NCBI RefSeq assembly: GCF_031769215.1
Contig: NW_026782065.1
Span: 62,001-126,000 of the forward strand
From: Ylistrum balloti
Taxonomy: Eukaryota
Direction of reading: 5' to 3'
DNA length: 64,000 nt
The position numbers were made by a program, and so were the translations under genes. This document shows, piece after piece, positions 36,801-49,258 of the stretch (positions are counted from its first letter, which is position 1; every line of letters starts with the position of its first letter). Under the pieces are notes generated by a model. It was given only the letters and a program-made list of their open reading frames with translations. It was not told the DNA's origin and ran no database searches.

Positions 36801-39800
36801 TGCTCTCCTAAGCAATCAGTTAGTATTGGACTTTTTTTGAAAATGTGTTGATTCTTTCTTATTAAATGATTTATGTAACCATATTATGAATGTAATTAGG
36901 TCTCCAGTTTCAGTTTTTGTTAAGGCACTTAGCAGGAATGTGCTTTTATTTTAACATAAATCTGCAAACCTACACAAAGATAACCATACCCAGTTCAGTT
37001 AATTTGTATACCAATAATAATACTAGATTTGTATTTAAAAAATAGTTAATCCAATAAACATTAATGAATGTGACGTGAATTACATTGTAGATAGAAATAA
37101 ACCTGCAGGAAAAAAATCTGTAGTCTACTGCTGGGAAATATTGAACTTAGATTCGATTACAGATTTAATAAACTAGTACTTGAAATTCTACAGTTAAGAA
37201 AAATGCAGATAGAAATCTGTAATCTTTAGTAAGAAGAATCCAACTGGTTAAGGTGTGTAATGTTGTTTTCATAATTAACTTCTTTTATGTTGTTTTAGAG
37301 AAGAGGATAGCAAAGCTGTAAAGCATAGTGAAAATATCAACAGTGAAACAAAAAAAGTTGAAAAGAAAAAGAAGGTAAAAGTAGAAGAAAGTAAAACAGA
37401 ATCCAAGATTGCGAATGGAGATGACATTGAAAGAAACAGTATTAAAGGTGAAGAGGGCAAAGGAGACAAAGACAAGAAAAAAACAAAGAAAGGTATAGTC
37501 TACACTACTGTAAATTACCTCAATTATTTTGCCTATTATTCATTTTCATGATCAAAGCAAATCTGTGAAAGTCAATATTGTCGTTAATAAGGGCGGATTG
37601 TAAGAATAGTGTAGCCAGTTCCACAACAGTTTGTCTCTGTGTAAATATTGTGCTGGTAATTTATCCAAACTAATGATGACATTGCTGGTTGGTTTATAGA
37701 TTATGAGAAGTGTAAACCATGAACTGGTATATAAATTGTAAGGAAATATGAACATTTTACATGAATATTTCATTCAGAGAAAAAATTGATGAAAAAACAG
37801 AAGGCAGAGCTTATATCTGATGAAGCACAGGACTCTGGAGAAAATAAGAAATTAAAGCCTAAAAAGAGACAGAAGGAAGCAAGTTCTTCAGAGGAATCTG
37901 ATGATGATGGCCCAATGGTACACAAGAAACCAAAGATGAAGGTATCAGAAAACTCTGGGACTCCAGACCGTTCTAAACACAGCATAGTCACCTTACGGCA
38001 GAAACTTCAGATCACTACCTCTCAGAGTACCCGTAAAAATATCAGGAAGAAGATTGCCGAGTTAGAAGCAAAACAGTAAGTATGTCCAGGGAAGATATTT
38101 TCCTCCAAATAAACATTTTTACATGTGTGAAGTTATAGATCAGATGAAGATGCTGGACTGTAATAGTACATTGATTGAGTTGTAGAGGTGACGATAGAAA
38201 TGGTGAAAAAATGAGTGAAAATTTTGAAATTATGATATTGGTGTGGCATTAGAATTATCCTTCCTTTTCTCAGCAAGAATGTAATACAATGTACAAACAT
38301 AAGATCTTATACAAACTCCAATACTGTAATACAATGTACAAACATTAGGTCCTATGCAAGCTTCAAGAATGTAATACAATGTACAAACATAAGATCTTAT
38401 ACAAACTCCAATACTGTAATACAATGTACAAACATTAGGTCCTATGCAAGCTTCAAGAATGTAATACAATGTACAAACATTAGGTCCTATGCAAGCTTCA
38501 ATAATGTAATACAATGTACAAACATAAGATCTTATACAAACTCCAATACTGTAATACAATGTACAAACATTAGGTCCTATGCAAGCTTCAAGAATGTAAT
38601 ACAATGTACAAACATAAGATCTTATACAAACTCCAATACTGTAATACAATGTACAAACATTAGGTCCTATGCAAGCTTCAAGAATGTAATACAATGTACA
38701 AACATTAGGTCCTATGCAAGCTTCAAGAATGTAATACAATGTACAAACATAAGATCTTATACAAACTCCAATACTGTAATACAATGTACAAACATTAGGT
38801 CCTATGCAAGCTTCAAGAATGTAATACAATGTACAAACATAAGATCTTATACAAACTCCAATACTGTAATACAATGTACAAACATTAGGTCCTATGCAAG
38901 CTTCAAGAATGTAATACAATGTACAAACATAAGATCTTATACAAACTCCAATACTGTAATACAATGTACAAACATTAGGTCCTATGCAAGCTTCAAGAAT
39001 GTAATACAATGTACAAACATTATGTCCTATGCAAGCTTCAAGAATGTAATACAATGTACAAACATTAGGTCCTATGCAAGCTTCAAGAATGTAATACAAT
39101 GTACAAAAATGATCCATCCAGAATTTTAAACTTGTCACAGAATAGTGATAACAAATAGCAATCATCAAAATTAAGGATAGGCGTGTCAGCTATTATCAAA
39201 AATCATAAATATGTTTGCCATTTAAAATAAAATGATAAGAATGGAATCAACAACTAGTATTTTAAACATTTTAAATATTTCAAACATAGCCTTTTGTCAG
39301 AGGTGTAAAGAGACCAATAATGTATTTACATTATGATAGATGGTTGTCCAATTTTTTTTAAGGCAATCACAGTCTGCTGCCAAGACTAACAGCAATGGTA
39401 TGTCATCTGACTCGAGTGAATCAGAACATAGCAGTGATGTGATGGAGAAAACTAATGTGGTCAAGTCACCTGTAAAAGAATCTCTTATTGATAAGTTAAA
39501 GAAGATGAAGAGTCCATGTCTAGAAAAATCAGTCAAAAGTTCACCGATCACTCCAGGTAATCTAAAATGTTGTAACCACTACATTACATGTTGTAACCAC
39601 TACATTCAGGTGACACTACACGGATCACTCCAGGTAATCTAAAATGTTGTAACCACTACATTACATGTTGTAACCACTACATTCAGGTGACACTACACCG
39701 ATCACTCCAGGTAATCTAAAATGTTGTAACCCCTACAGTACTCAGAAAATCCAGGTGACACTACACCGATCACTCCAGGCAATCTAAAATGTTGTAACCA

Positions 39801-42800
39801 CTACAGTACTCAGAAAATCCAGATGACACTACACCGATCACTCCAGGTAATCTAAAATGTTGTAACCACTACAGTACTCAGAAAATCCAGGTGACACTAC
39901 ACCGATCCAGGCAATCTAAAATGTTGTAACCACTACAGTACATGTTGTAACCACTACAGTACTCAGAAAATCCAGGTGACACTACATGTTCACCCTGGTA
40001 CAAAGTTAGTATCACAAAAATGAATGTTTAAAGACAGCTTTTCCTGTTGCTGTTACTGCAGTGAACCTTGGGTAATGTTGCATTACCCTGTTTATTACCT
40101 GTTGGTAACGTAGCTGTTATTTTGTCCTTGGTATTTTTTTTACTTATTTCTATCATTAAATTGATGTTTCAAGGAAATCTTAGTTCATTGATATCTTGGT
40201 TAAAGTATTGCAGATAATTTTGCAGAGAATTTACTCTTAATGTGAAAAATAATTATGCGTATATATTGCTTTTCTTGAAATGGACATGCAGAAAAACATT
40301 AGCTCTAAAAAAATCAGTATTTAACTTGAAACATCAGATAAGGACATGCAGATCAGGTAGTATTTGTGTGAACTCTTTCATATTCATAGATAAAATGCAC
40401 TTGTAGTACTTTAAATATCAGTATAGTAGTGTCTGTATGGTTGAGACTTTCAGATTCAGAATATATTAGAATATTGTAACTTGTATGACCAGATCTGTAA
40501 GAGAAACATTGATTAGTCTAACCCATGAGATCTGCTTTTATTTGGTATGTAGTTCACCATGAAATGCAGAGCAGGATTTTAAAAAATTATCATCTTTGCA
40601 GTGTTAAAATCAGTGTAAAATTTACGTCAATTTAGATTACGTATAGGATATCTAGATATCAGCTTTAAATCCTCAGAAAAATTTAAATGTAAATGTTTTT
40701 ACACAAACAGCTAGCTCTAAGAAAAGATCAGCCCAAGAGGCAAAGATTGAAAATGGCTCGCCACCTAAACTGAAGAAAAAGTCTAAAGTTCAGGCTGAAG
40801 TGGGTGATACTACTTTGAACCCTGAGAAAAGTGTTGAAGAAAGACTCCACCACTATAACCAAAGACTCCAAGAAGAGGGTCTTTCTGCGGCATCAAGGAA
40901 GCGAATTCGACGACAAATTTCTAAACTGAAAGAAGGGTAAAAAAGTTAATTGCAGTTCAATAAGAGCAGAGGTTACCTCTATCTTATGATCAGGAGATGG
41001 ACAGTTCAAACAGTGTAGTCATCAGATCATCACACAGAAATTCTTACTGGTTCTGATATAAGAACTTCTTTATACTTATCAACCTGGAGATAATCTTTCT
41101 CTATAAAATGTCTGGTGTTAGGGGTCATATAGCATCATATGTCTAAAGTGGTGCATGATATTTGTAATTCAATTACTACTAAAAATTGACAGATTTCAAT
41201 ACAAATTTTAGGAAGTTATTTAGGGGGGGGTGGTTTTGAGAGTTAGTTATATAGACTTCTTTTCACTGGTGCGGGATGAGACTTTTTTGCCTCATTTTGC
41301 AAAATGGTGAATGAAATTTAAAATTTTGGGAATTAATTTCAGTTGGGAGTGGGGTCAACTATCAGCCACTAAAAGTCCTCAAGAAACACTTTGATAGCAC
41401 ACACACGCACATACATATATATGGTAAATTCATTGTCCAAATCAAGACTTGGAAATACTAAACAAACCTTTTATATTTCTCCATGATTTAAACCTAAAAA
41501 AGTCCCGAATTTTCTGGTCAGGTGTAAGATGCCAATGATGACAATGAGTGGAGTTTTGATACATTATACTGTTAACATGAACTATATATTGGACATATTA
41601 AATTTCACAATTATCGAATTAACAAATTTGTTCATTTTACCAGATAATAGCTGAAATCAATGGTAATGCATTGTGTAGCCAATTCAAATGAGCATTCATC
41701 CTTGAAGGACACTGAAGCATTCAAGTTTTCATAGCCTTTCAATAGTTGGTGACTTGCCTGTATGTACATATGTATGCAACTGTTTGTTAACCAGTGACAT
41801 CCTCACTCTACTTCAGTACTGATCAGATTGTCCACACAAGCTTACAAACATCATTTCTTATACGAGTTCTCATCTCACCCTTCTTGGGTTGGATTGAAGT
41901 CACTGTTACTATAGATGGAAATTTCGTCACACTTGCTCTACTGGTTTCATTAGCCATACAATTGTCGTACAGTTTCAGTATAGATATTGACAAATATGGA
42001 AAAAACATCAGGCAAATTAATGGCCTTTGTTTTTTAGGTGACCTATTGTGATCTGGTATCATGCATCCGTAACAATTTATTGTTTTTGGCTTCTTCTCAA
42101 AATCCTATCCGATTTCGTTGAAATTTTACAGAAAGCTTCCCAGGCCTAAGATAAACCAAAATTTTGAATTATACAGTCTAGACCCCAAAAGGGCCTGTGG
42201 GGCAAGGCCAAAAGGGGTTAGATTAACTTTAATTTCAAAACTCTTTTTTCAACACCGAGATATGGTAGAATAAAATACTCTTCATTGATGAAAGCGTCTA
42301 AAAGTGCTTTACCAAAATTTCATGGCTCCAGGGTCTAACATTTCCTGGAGTGGGTAAATTTTACTGTAGTTTATACAGGAAAACTAGTTTTTTAGCATGA
42401 TTTATTTAATTTCCATTGGAAATATTTCAAATTTGGTTAGAATTATAAATAAAGGATGACGACTTAATGGCATGCCCATACTGATCCTGGCTGACCTCCT
42501 TGGGCTGATGGGTGGGGTCCAAAGGGATCAAATTGATTAAAATCTCAGGTGACCGTCAAGGCCTCTTGTTATTTTGACTGATCTTAGTCTACACAATACA
42601 TTGTACGAAGACAATCATAATGAACACTCATCGTTACTTATTTGAATAATCAAAGATGATCAGATACTGTATTACAATTATCTTAAACAATAACAATCAG
42701 TGGCATCTCAAATTCACAACTTTCGATTCAGCATGTGTTTGTGTTCTGTGTGTGTGCAGGCTGTCTTACCCTGGCAAGATAGAGATGTCTAACTGGATAT

Positions 42801-44023
42801 TTCAATTTGATGGGATAGAAATTGTTGTCTATCAAAACATTTTTTCATCACTGAATAGATCCTGGAGTGAGGGAATTTGTATACCATGTTGTTTCAGCTC
42901 TTTTTAATGAATTTTCAAACCTCCTTTTGCATGTGCAGTATTTCATCTATTTTCAGTTCGGGAAAAGAAGTCAAAACAACAACCATGACAGCAAAGGCAG
43001 TAGATTCAACAACCTCAAAAACAAAAAAGGAAGATTCAACAAAAACAAAAAGTAAAAAGAAACAAAAAAAATTAACAGAAACATCACTAGAACCCAACTC
43101 AAAAATTAGAGATTCAACAATAGAAGCAGCTGGAATGAAAACAGAAGGTTCAACAAAGAAAATGAAAGTTAAAAAGGCAGTGTCCCTGGAAATGGGAGAG
43201 AAGAAACTGGCAAAGAAAAAAAGAAAAGACTCTGATGAAGATTTGTGGAAGGCAACTGAAGGATGGGAGAGTGATGAGAACTCGGCTGATGATATAGTGT
43301 CAGAGGAAACACCCAAACAAAAAAAGGTGCAGATTTGGTAATGGATATATGATAACAGATTGTTACAAAGGCTTTTTTTATAAATAGAGATTTGTACTGA
43401 ATTGAAGAAAATTAGATGTTGTAAACAGGGAACTTTCACACCAATTTCCTTTCCTAAAGACTAAAAAAATAAAAGGAGAGCTAAATTGTTTCATGTTACA
43501 GTAGACGCGTGTGTTTTTGTATATTCTACACCAAAATTAAGTATGGCTGAGAATGAACAGATTTACATATGGATGATAAAGTGTTATGAGAGAAGTAGGT
43601 AAGGTCTTAGTTTATCTGTAGATTTATAACATATAGTATTGATTCTTACAGAAAGCTGAAGATGGACATATCAGAAAACGATTAAAGAAAAGGAGTAAGC
43701 AAAAAAACATTAAGAAAGATAATAGACCAGACCATTTGGTAAGTATGGGGGAATGTATTAAAGTTAAGTTTATCATTGGCCTACCAGAATACTGCTGTTT
43801 ATATAAATTTTACTGTCAAGTACAGTATATCATTTATCTTGCTTTTTTAGACAGTACTGGTACAAATGTTTAATTCTGTGATTAAAACTCCATACCTTAA
43901 GGAATATTTCATGTTCTACTTCGATTTAAATCTTCAGGCAATTATTTCTCAATTTGTGTTTTTTTTCTTCAGAAACCACCTCATTTAAGATTGGCAAAGG
44001 AAGGACAAGAGGACTCTGCTTAG
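33825..44023 (+). CDS. Uncharacterised Lys/Ser/Glu-rich protein (645 aa, 10 exons), probably nucleolar/nuclear
   Basis: Exons 33825-33922, 35519-35715, 36596-36818, 37299-37492, 37778-38075, 39363-39556, 40711-40936, 42957-43326, 43652-43738, 43973-44023 total 1938 nt. All nine junctions are GT/AG, phase-compatible and give no internal stops. N-terminus MELEVDEASKSLVASWFSDE; C-terminus KRSKQKNIKKDNRPDHLKPPHLRLAKEGQEDSA*. Localisation is inferred from composition only. Confidence 0.85.
34605..34835 (+). mobile_element. tRNA-derived SINE with a V-domain-like core
   Basis: tRNA-like head GGTTGTGCAGTGGTAACACACTCGCCTTTCACC...GGTTTGATT, then GGTTATCACCAAGTACCCTGGTTTCCTTCCACA resembling the V-SINE core GGTTTTCTCCGGGTACTCCGGTTTCCTCCCACA, then an A-rich tail. 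Confidence 0.55.
38275..39110. repeat. 45-bp minisatellite with two alternating variant units (~18 units)
   Basis: Shared TGTAATACAATGTACAAACAT followed by either TAGGTCCTATGCAAGCTTCAAGAA or AAGATCTTATACAAACTCCAATAC. It lies in intron 5 of the Lys-rich gene. Confidence 0.95.
39544..39990. repeat. ~60-77-bp minisatellite starting at the exon 6 donor of the Lys-rich gene
   Basis: About 6 copies of CCGATCACTCCAG|GTAATCTAAAATGTTGTAACCACTAC... The first copy is the real exon end and donor at 39556/39557. Confidence 0.9.
42030..42570 (-). mobile_element. Short HINE element in reverse orientation
   Basis: Ends in CTCAGGTGACCGTCAAGGCCTCTTGTT, the reverse complement of the 5' end of the 13420 element. 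Begins TTTTTAGGTGACCTATTGTGATC, with diverged core units between. Confidence 0.65.
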
Positions 44024-44064
44024 TCTAAAAGTGAATTCCTGTGAAGTTTGGATATAGACATTGA

Positions 44065-44400
44065 TTGTGAGAACAATCGTGAGAATACTTATTTTCTCTG
44101 TGGATTTTAGTTCGCGACTCTGACTTTGAGAACAATCGTGAGAATACTTATTTTCTCTGTGGATTCTAGTTCGGGACTCTGACTTTGAGAACAATCGTGA
44201 GAATACTTATTTTCTCTGTGGATTCTAGTTCGGGACTCTGACTTTGAGAACAATCGTGAGAATACTTATTGTCTCTGTGGATTCTAGTTCGGGACTCTGA
44301 CTTTGAGAACAATCATGAGAATACTTATTGTCTCTGTGGATTTTAGTTAGGGACTCTGACTTTGAGAACAATCGTGAGAATACTTATTGTCTTTGTGGAG
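44065..44400. repeat. 59-bp minisatellite (~6 copies) just after the stop codon of the Lys-rich gene (likely 3' UTR)
   Basis: Unit GAGAACAATCGTGAGAATACTTATTTTCTCTGTGGATTCTAGTTCGGGACTCTGACTTT, with period 59 (44069, 44128). Confidence 0.92.
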
Positions 44401-45589
44401 TCTGGATCTGGACACTAGTGATCGATTACTTGCCATGTGTTCATTATCTTTTTAAAATTGTTTCATCTGCATTAAAATGTAAGGAATAAATAGATGTGCT
44501 TTTATGAGAGCATGACTTGTTGTCTAGTTTTGGAGAGAGTTACATATAGAAAAATTTCAGATAAAAGATTTACTGTTTAAGTAGTCACAAAATCACACTA
44601 TTTTTTCACTTGTGAATTTTGATGATGAATTCTACAATAAGTGTCACTCAGTACACTTGGTTGATATTGTGTTACATAAGCTTTGACAGGTTGTTGTTTT
44701 TGTTTCCACAGCTATGTTCTCATGTACAATATGTATTTTACTGCTACCGTTGAAACAATTGTCCTTGTTCTGATTTGTTGACAATCTCATTTTAGTGTAA
44801 TGGTATATGATTTTTGTTTATGATTTCAGCAAAACTTCCACCCTATGCATTCGCATCTTATGCAAATAAGAAAGTAGGTCATCCTTTTTCTGTGTTCTGG
44901 AAGATAACATTGTTCATACTTTATCCCAGTTTTTTAGCTCACCTGACCCAAAGGGTGTTAAAACCTTTAAATATTTTCTTCTACCTAACCAAAAGACACA
45001 GAAGCATGGTATATGTCAGTGAATAATAATTCTACTCTTACCCTAAAGGTCTAGATCCCCACTTCTCTGCCTTTGATATGACAAGGAAATCTCACCCAAG
45101 AGGAATCCCCCTCCCCCATCTCTACCTGGGGTATGACAAGGAAATCTTACCCCGGTAAAACACAGTAGCACTTTTGCAGAAGTAAAAGCTGTGTATGAAT
45201 GACTTCTGTATAACAGTAAACTGTTTTAAAGATAACTTTGTTTGTGTGTTCTTTAACATATAAATGATACATAAATCTGGTGTTGAATATTGTATAAATA
45301 GTATTCTAAAGCAATGACGATGAAATACATTTTTTATTGAATGATCTTCATGATCTAATTCCCAATATACTCATTACCATAACAATCATTCTGACACCAG
45401 CTTACAACCTGACCTGAATCTGTCGACAAATTGGCTTTGACAACATCAATGGTTGAAAGGAGCATTTGATTGACTTAAGAACATAAGAATGCTTATACCA
45501 GAGCTTAAATCATTAATCTAATGCCACATATGTCAATAAAAACAAGTATTCTATCCCCTTAATATATATCAAAGCATTTATTCATTAAA

Positions 45590-46490
45590 TGATTGTCCAA
45601 TAAATTACCTGTGACTGTATTGGTGATTGTCCAATAAATTACCTGTGACTGTATTGATGATTGTCCAATTAATTACCTGTGACTGTATTGGTGATTGTCC
45701 AATTAATTACCTGTGACTGTATTGGTGATTGTCCAATTAATTACCTGTGACTGTCCAATAAATTACCTGTAACTGTATTGGTGACTGTCCAATAAATTAC
45801 CTGTGACTGTATTGGTGACTGTCCAATAAATTAAATTACCAATAAATTACCTGTAACCGTATCGGTGACTGTCCAATAAATTACCTGTGACCGTATCGGT
45901 GACTGTCCAATAAATTACCTGTGACCGTATCGGTGACTGTCCAATAAATTACCTGTGACCGTGTCGGTGACTGTCCAATAAATTACCTGTGACCGTGTCG
46001 GTGACTGTCCAATTAATTACCTGTGACCGTGTCGGTGACTGTCCAATTAATTACCTGTGACCGTGTCGGTGACTGTCCAATTAATTACCTGTGACTGTAT
46101 TGGTGATTGTCCAATAAAAAATACCTGTGACTGTATTGGTGACTGTCCAATAAATTACCTGTGACCGTATTGGTGACTGTCCAATTAATTACCTGTGACG
46201 GTATTGGTGACTGTCCAATAAATTACCTGTGACTGTATTGGTGACTGTCCAATTAAATTACCTGTGTCCAATTAATTACCTGTGACCGTGTGGTGACTGT
46301 CCAATAAATTACCTGTGACCAATTAATTTTTTATTGGTGATTGTCCAATATGACTGTATTGGTGACTGTCCAATAAATTACCTGTGACCGTATTGGTGAC
46401 TGTCCAATAAATTACCTGTGACGGTATTGGTGACTGTCCAATAAATTACCTGTGACTGTATTGGTGACTGTCCAATAAATTACCTGTGAC
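45590..46490. repeat. 34-bp minisatellite (~26 copies)
   Basis: Unit TGTCCAATAAATTACCTGTGACCGTATCGGTGAC. Confidence 0.95.
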
Positions 46491-46754
46491 CTATTTTTTT
46501 TTATTTGTGTTTATGTGATTGAATCGGGGGTGGGGGGTTAAAAAAATGGTGAAAAAAGTGAATTAGTAAGAAAATAATGAATTGCTTCACTTTACCATGA
46601 CTGTGGTGAAGTGAAACTGTCCCACTCTTAAGTTCCTCATCCCAGATCTATTTTTGTTATTTATGTGTTTATATGATTGAATCAGGGCAATAACAAAAAA
46701 AAATGTGAAAAAAAGAGATCTTCATCAGTATCATTATCATCATCATCATCATCA

Positions 46755-47609
46755 TCATCGAATTATTAGCTTCATTGACGAGTCTTGAAATGACAAAACA
46801 GCAGAATGATGCAGTCTTGTTAAAAGGTGCATTCGAAGGACTCTGAAACCACTAACTATATAAACACACAAGGAAACAAATAGGTTATTTAGCAATAATA
46901 GGAAGAAATACATAATTGTATTTAAACATCTTTCGTTAGAAAAGAGTCGCACCTTTCCACCATACTGAGCAAGCAGTCCTTTTTTAATAGATGGCTTAGT
47001 AACAAAAATCACGGTAGGCAAAATAGGTTTAGTTTTATACGTTAATTCTATACTAGGTAAGAACTGGAGATAAAGTATTCGTACAGCTGTCAACACCTGC
47101 TACTCGGCCTGTGTTTATCGCCTTTAAAGATGGTTGTTCGTAATAACCAGGAAGCACTTTGGCTGTTAAGAAAAATCTAGGTTGGAGTCCTCATCTCCGT
47201 CTATTTTCTTGTCTGCTTTATGTGGTGAATAACCAAATAAGATGATTTTAGATGTGAAAACATACGAAGGACCTGTACTTGGTCAATCAACCATGTCTAC
47301 CAGAGAGTTCCGTTTATGGTTAACATCTCCATGTCGGAATCACACCTAGAACTCTTATTTTCAGCTCTTCTTGTCTGTGGTAGTTAAGTGTTGTTGCAAG
47401 AAGCTGAGAAAAGGACCTGCCTGTGCAGTCGTTATTGAAAAACATTTAAACCCAATTGCTTTGGACGACATGAAATGGACCTTTCGTATGTTGTTCATTG
47501 AGGTAGCCACCTGATACTACAAGGAACCTTCCTCATAACGACCCTTGCTGTTCACTTTCTTAGTTAAAGCAATGACGAGTTCTCTTACATTTACCACACG
47601 TAAAATGTT
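46755..47609 (-). pseudogene. Possible degraded coding relic, family unidentified
   Basis: An 83-codon stretch (47609-47361) with one internal stop lies near the 113-aa ORF 47096-46755. The amino-acid composition looks protein-like and the sequence is non-repetitive. Confidence 0.35.
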
Positions 47610-49258
47610 TGACCATCGAGTGTATACCTATCCCGATTTATTTATATTTTCACCTGTATGTATACCTGTGTCTATTATATACCTTTAAGTTACCTGTATC
47701 GACTATATATACCTGTATATATACCGTCTGTACCTGTATATGTATGTACACTATATACAACTAACGGGATTTAAAGGTTTGGCGGCGCTGTTGCTATGCT
47801 GTTGTTGTCAACACGATTCAATACCCTATAAATATATACCTATATATCCCTACTGAAGTGTGTTAGCAGCGGTATCCAGGATTTTTTACTTCGTACTTCT
47901 TTGTCGAAGGGGATCATGACGGAGGAAGGTGGGTTAGAATAACACCATTGTACCATCAACTCTCGCAAACAATACACTATTTTTACCTTTAATGTATAAT
48001 TTATGTGTAAACAATGACTTGATTGTATCCTGATCGCTATCTGCCCGGAACATTTAGCCCTGTAATGGCCCGGGTTCTATGTAATCGATATACTTATTCT
48101 CTAGTGTTAACACTTTCCGTAGAGTGTCTTGGAATGTGAACTCTCTCGTCACATATTGGGACGTGGGGAAGGTTTGTTTAATCTGTTTTTACATTAAATC
48201 TAGCCCGTCGGTTTGACAGGAGGATCGGTGTTTATACTGTATGCCTCAATACACATTTGACGTAATTTCCTGTATCACAAACACTCGACTGTCTGTTCGC
48301 CGGGCCGATCACACGGGACGAACTATTTGTCCATCAATCAAATATAAAGAGGGGTTAGGGCTGCACCGTGGGGGCTCTGTCTAACAAAGATCGATTTAGA
48401 CCAAGTTTTTGTCAGTATTGCTTTGAATACAAATACCAGTCTTCGGTTGGTACTTTCGATGCTTAAATTCACTAGTCAAATTTCAACCTTGCAATCGGAT
48501 TCAAAACGTGAAAAAATTCGATAGGCTTTGTTAGAAAAGAGCTTTTTGTAATTAATCGATACCGAGAACATTTATATTTGATAGGTAAGGTCCACCACCT
48601 ATTATATCTGGGTGTACAATTTCTATTGTCAGTTTCTTTCATTACTAATCCACCCTGACAACAAGTAGTCCGTGCTATTTACGAACTACTTTGAGGTAGA
48701 AGCAAGGATTTTCTCAACAACAGAGGCCAGCTTCATGTAGTTAGAATCATCCACGATAAAAATGAGTTTAAGATAGACGTGTGATTTAAAGTTCCCCTGT
48801 CGTGTGCACGGAATTGGATATCTGAGCCCAGGATTGATATAACCTTCAAATCTAAAAGATGTTTCTCTTTATCAAATTTCACACTGCCTGCCCATATCAA
48901 ATACAGAATTTCTCGATGAAGCAGAAGACGCTTACCCTGCCGGAAGACCTGGTTTGAATTAAGATTCTGTTGACATGTCGCTGTTTGCTTTGTTCATTAT
49001 ATCAAGTTTCACATTGTTTATTCACTTTGTTAGTCATGGCATAGTCGGATTACGGTCGATAGAAGGCCAGAATAAATACATGAACGAATGAAAAAGACAC
49101 GGTATAAAACAATAGTCCCGAGTCTCTATTAACCACTGTTAGGACTTTTCACAACTGCAACTAATATGCCATTTAAAAACCGAGAAATGAAACGACATTT
49201 TGGAATCATAGGCTGTTTAAATTAAATTGATTGGGATGGACCTGAAAACGGTTGACAA

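Noticed and set aside
38230-39168. 312-aa Cys/Tyr repeat ORF; repeat-spacer look suggestive of CRISPR
   Set aside because: The 'spacers' are only two recurring sequences, the context is a eukaryotic intron and there are no cas genes. It is a minisatellite.
42915-43439. Hydrophobic Phe/Ser-rich minus-strand ORFs (also 35483-35695, 36528-36815, 37275-37475, 37770-37991)
   Set aside because: Antisense shadows of the Lys/Glu-rich exons on the plus strand.
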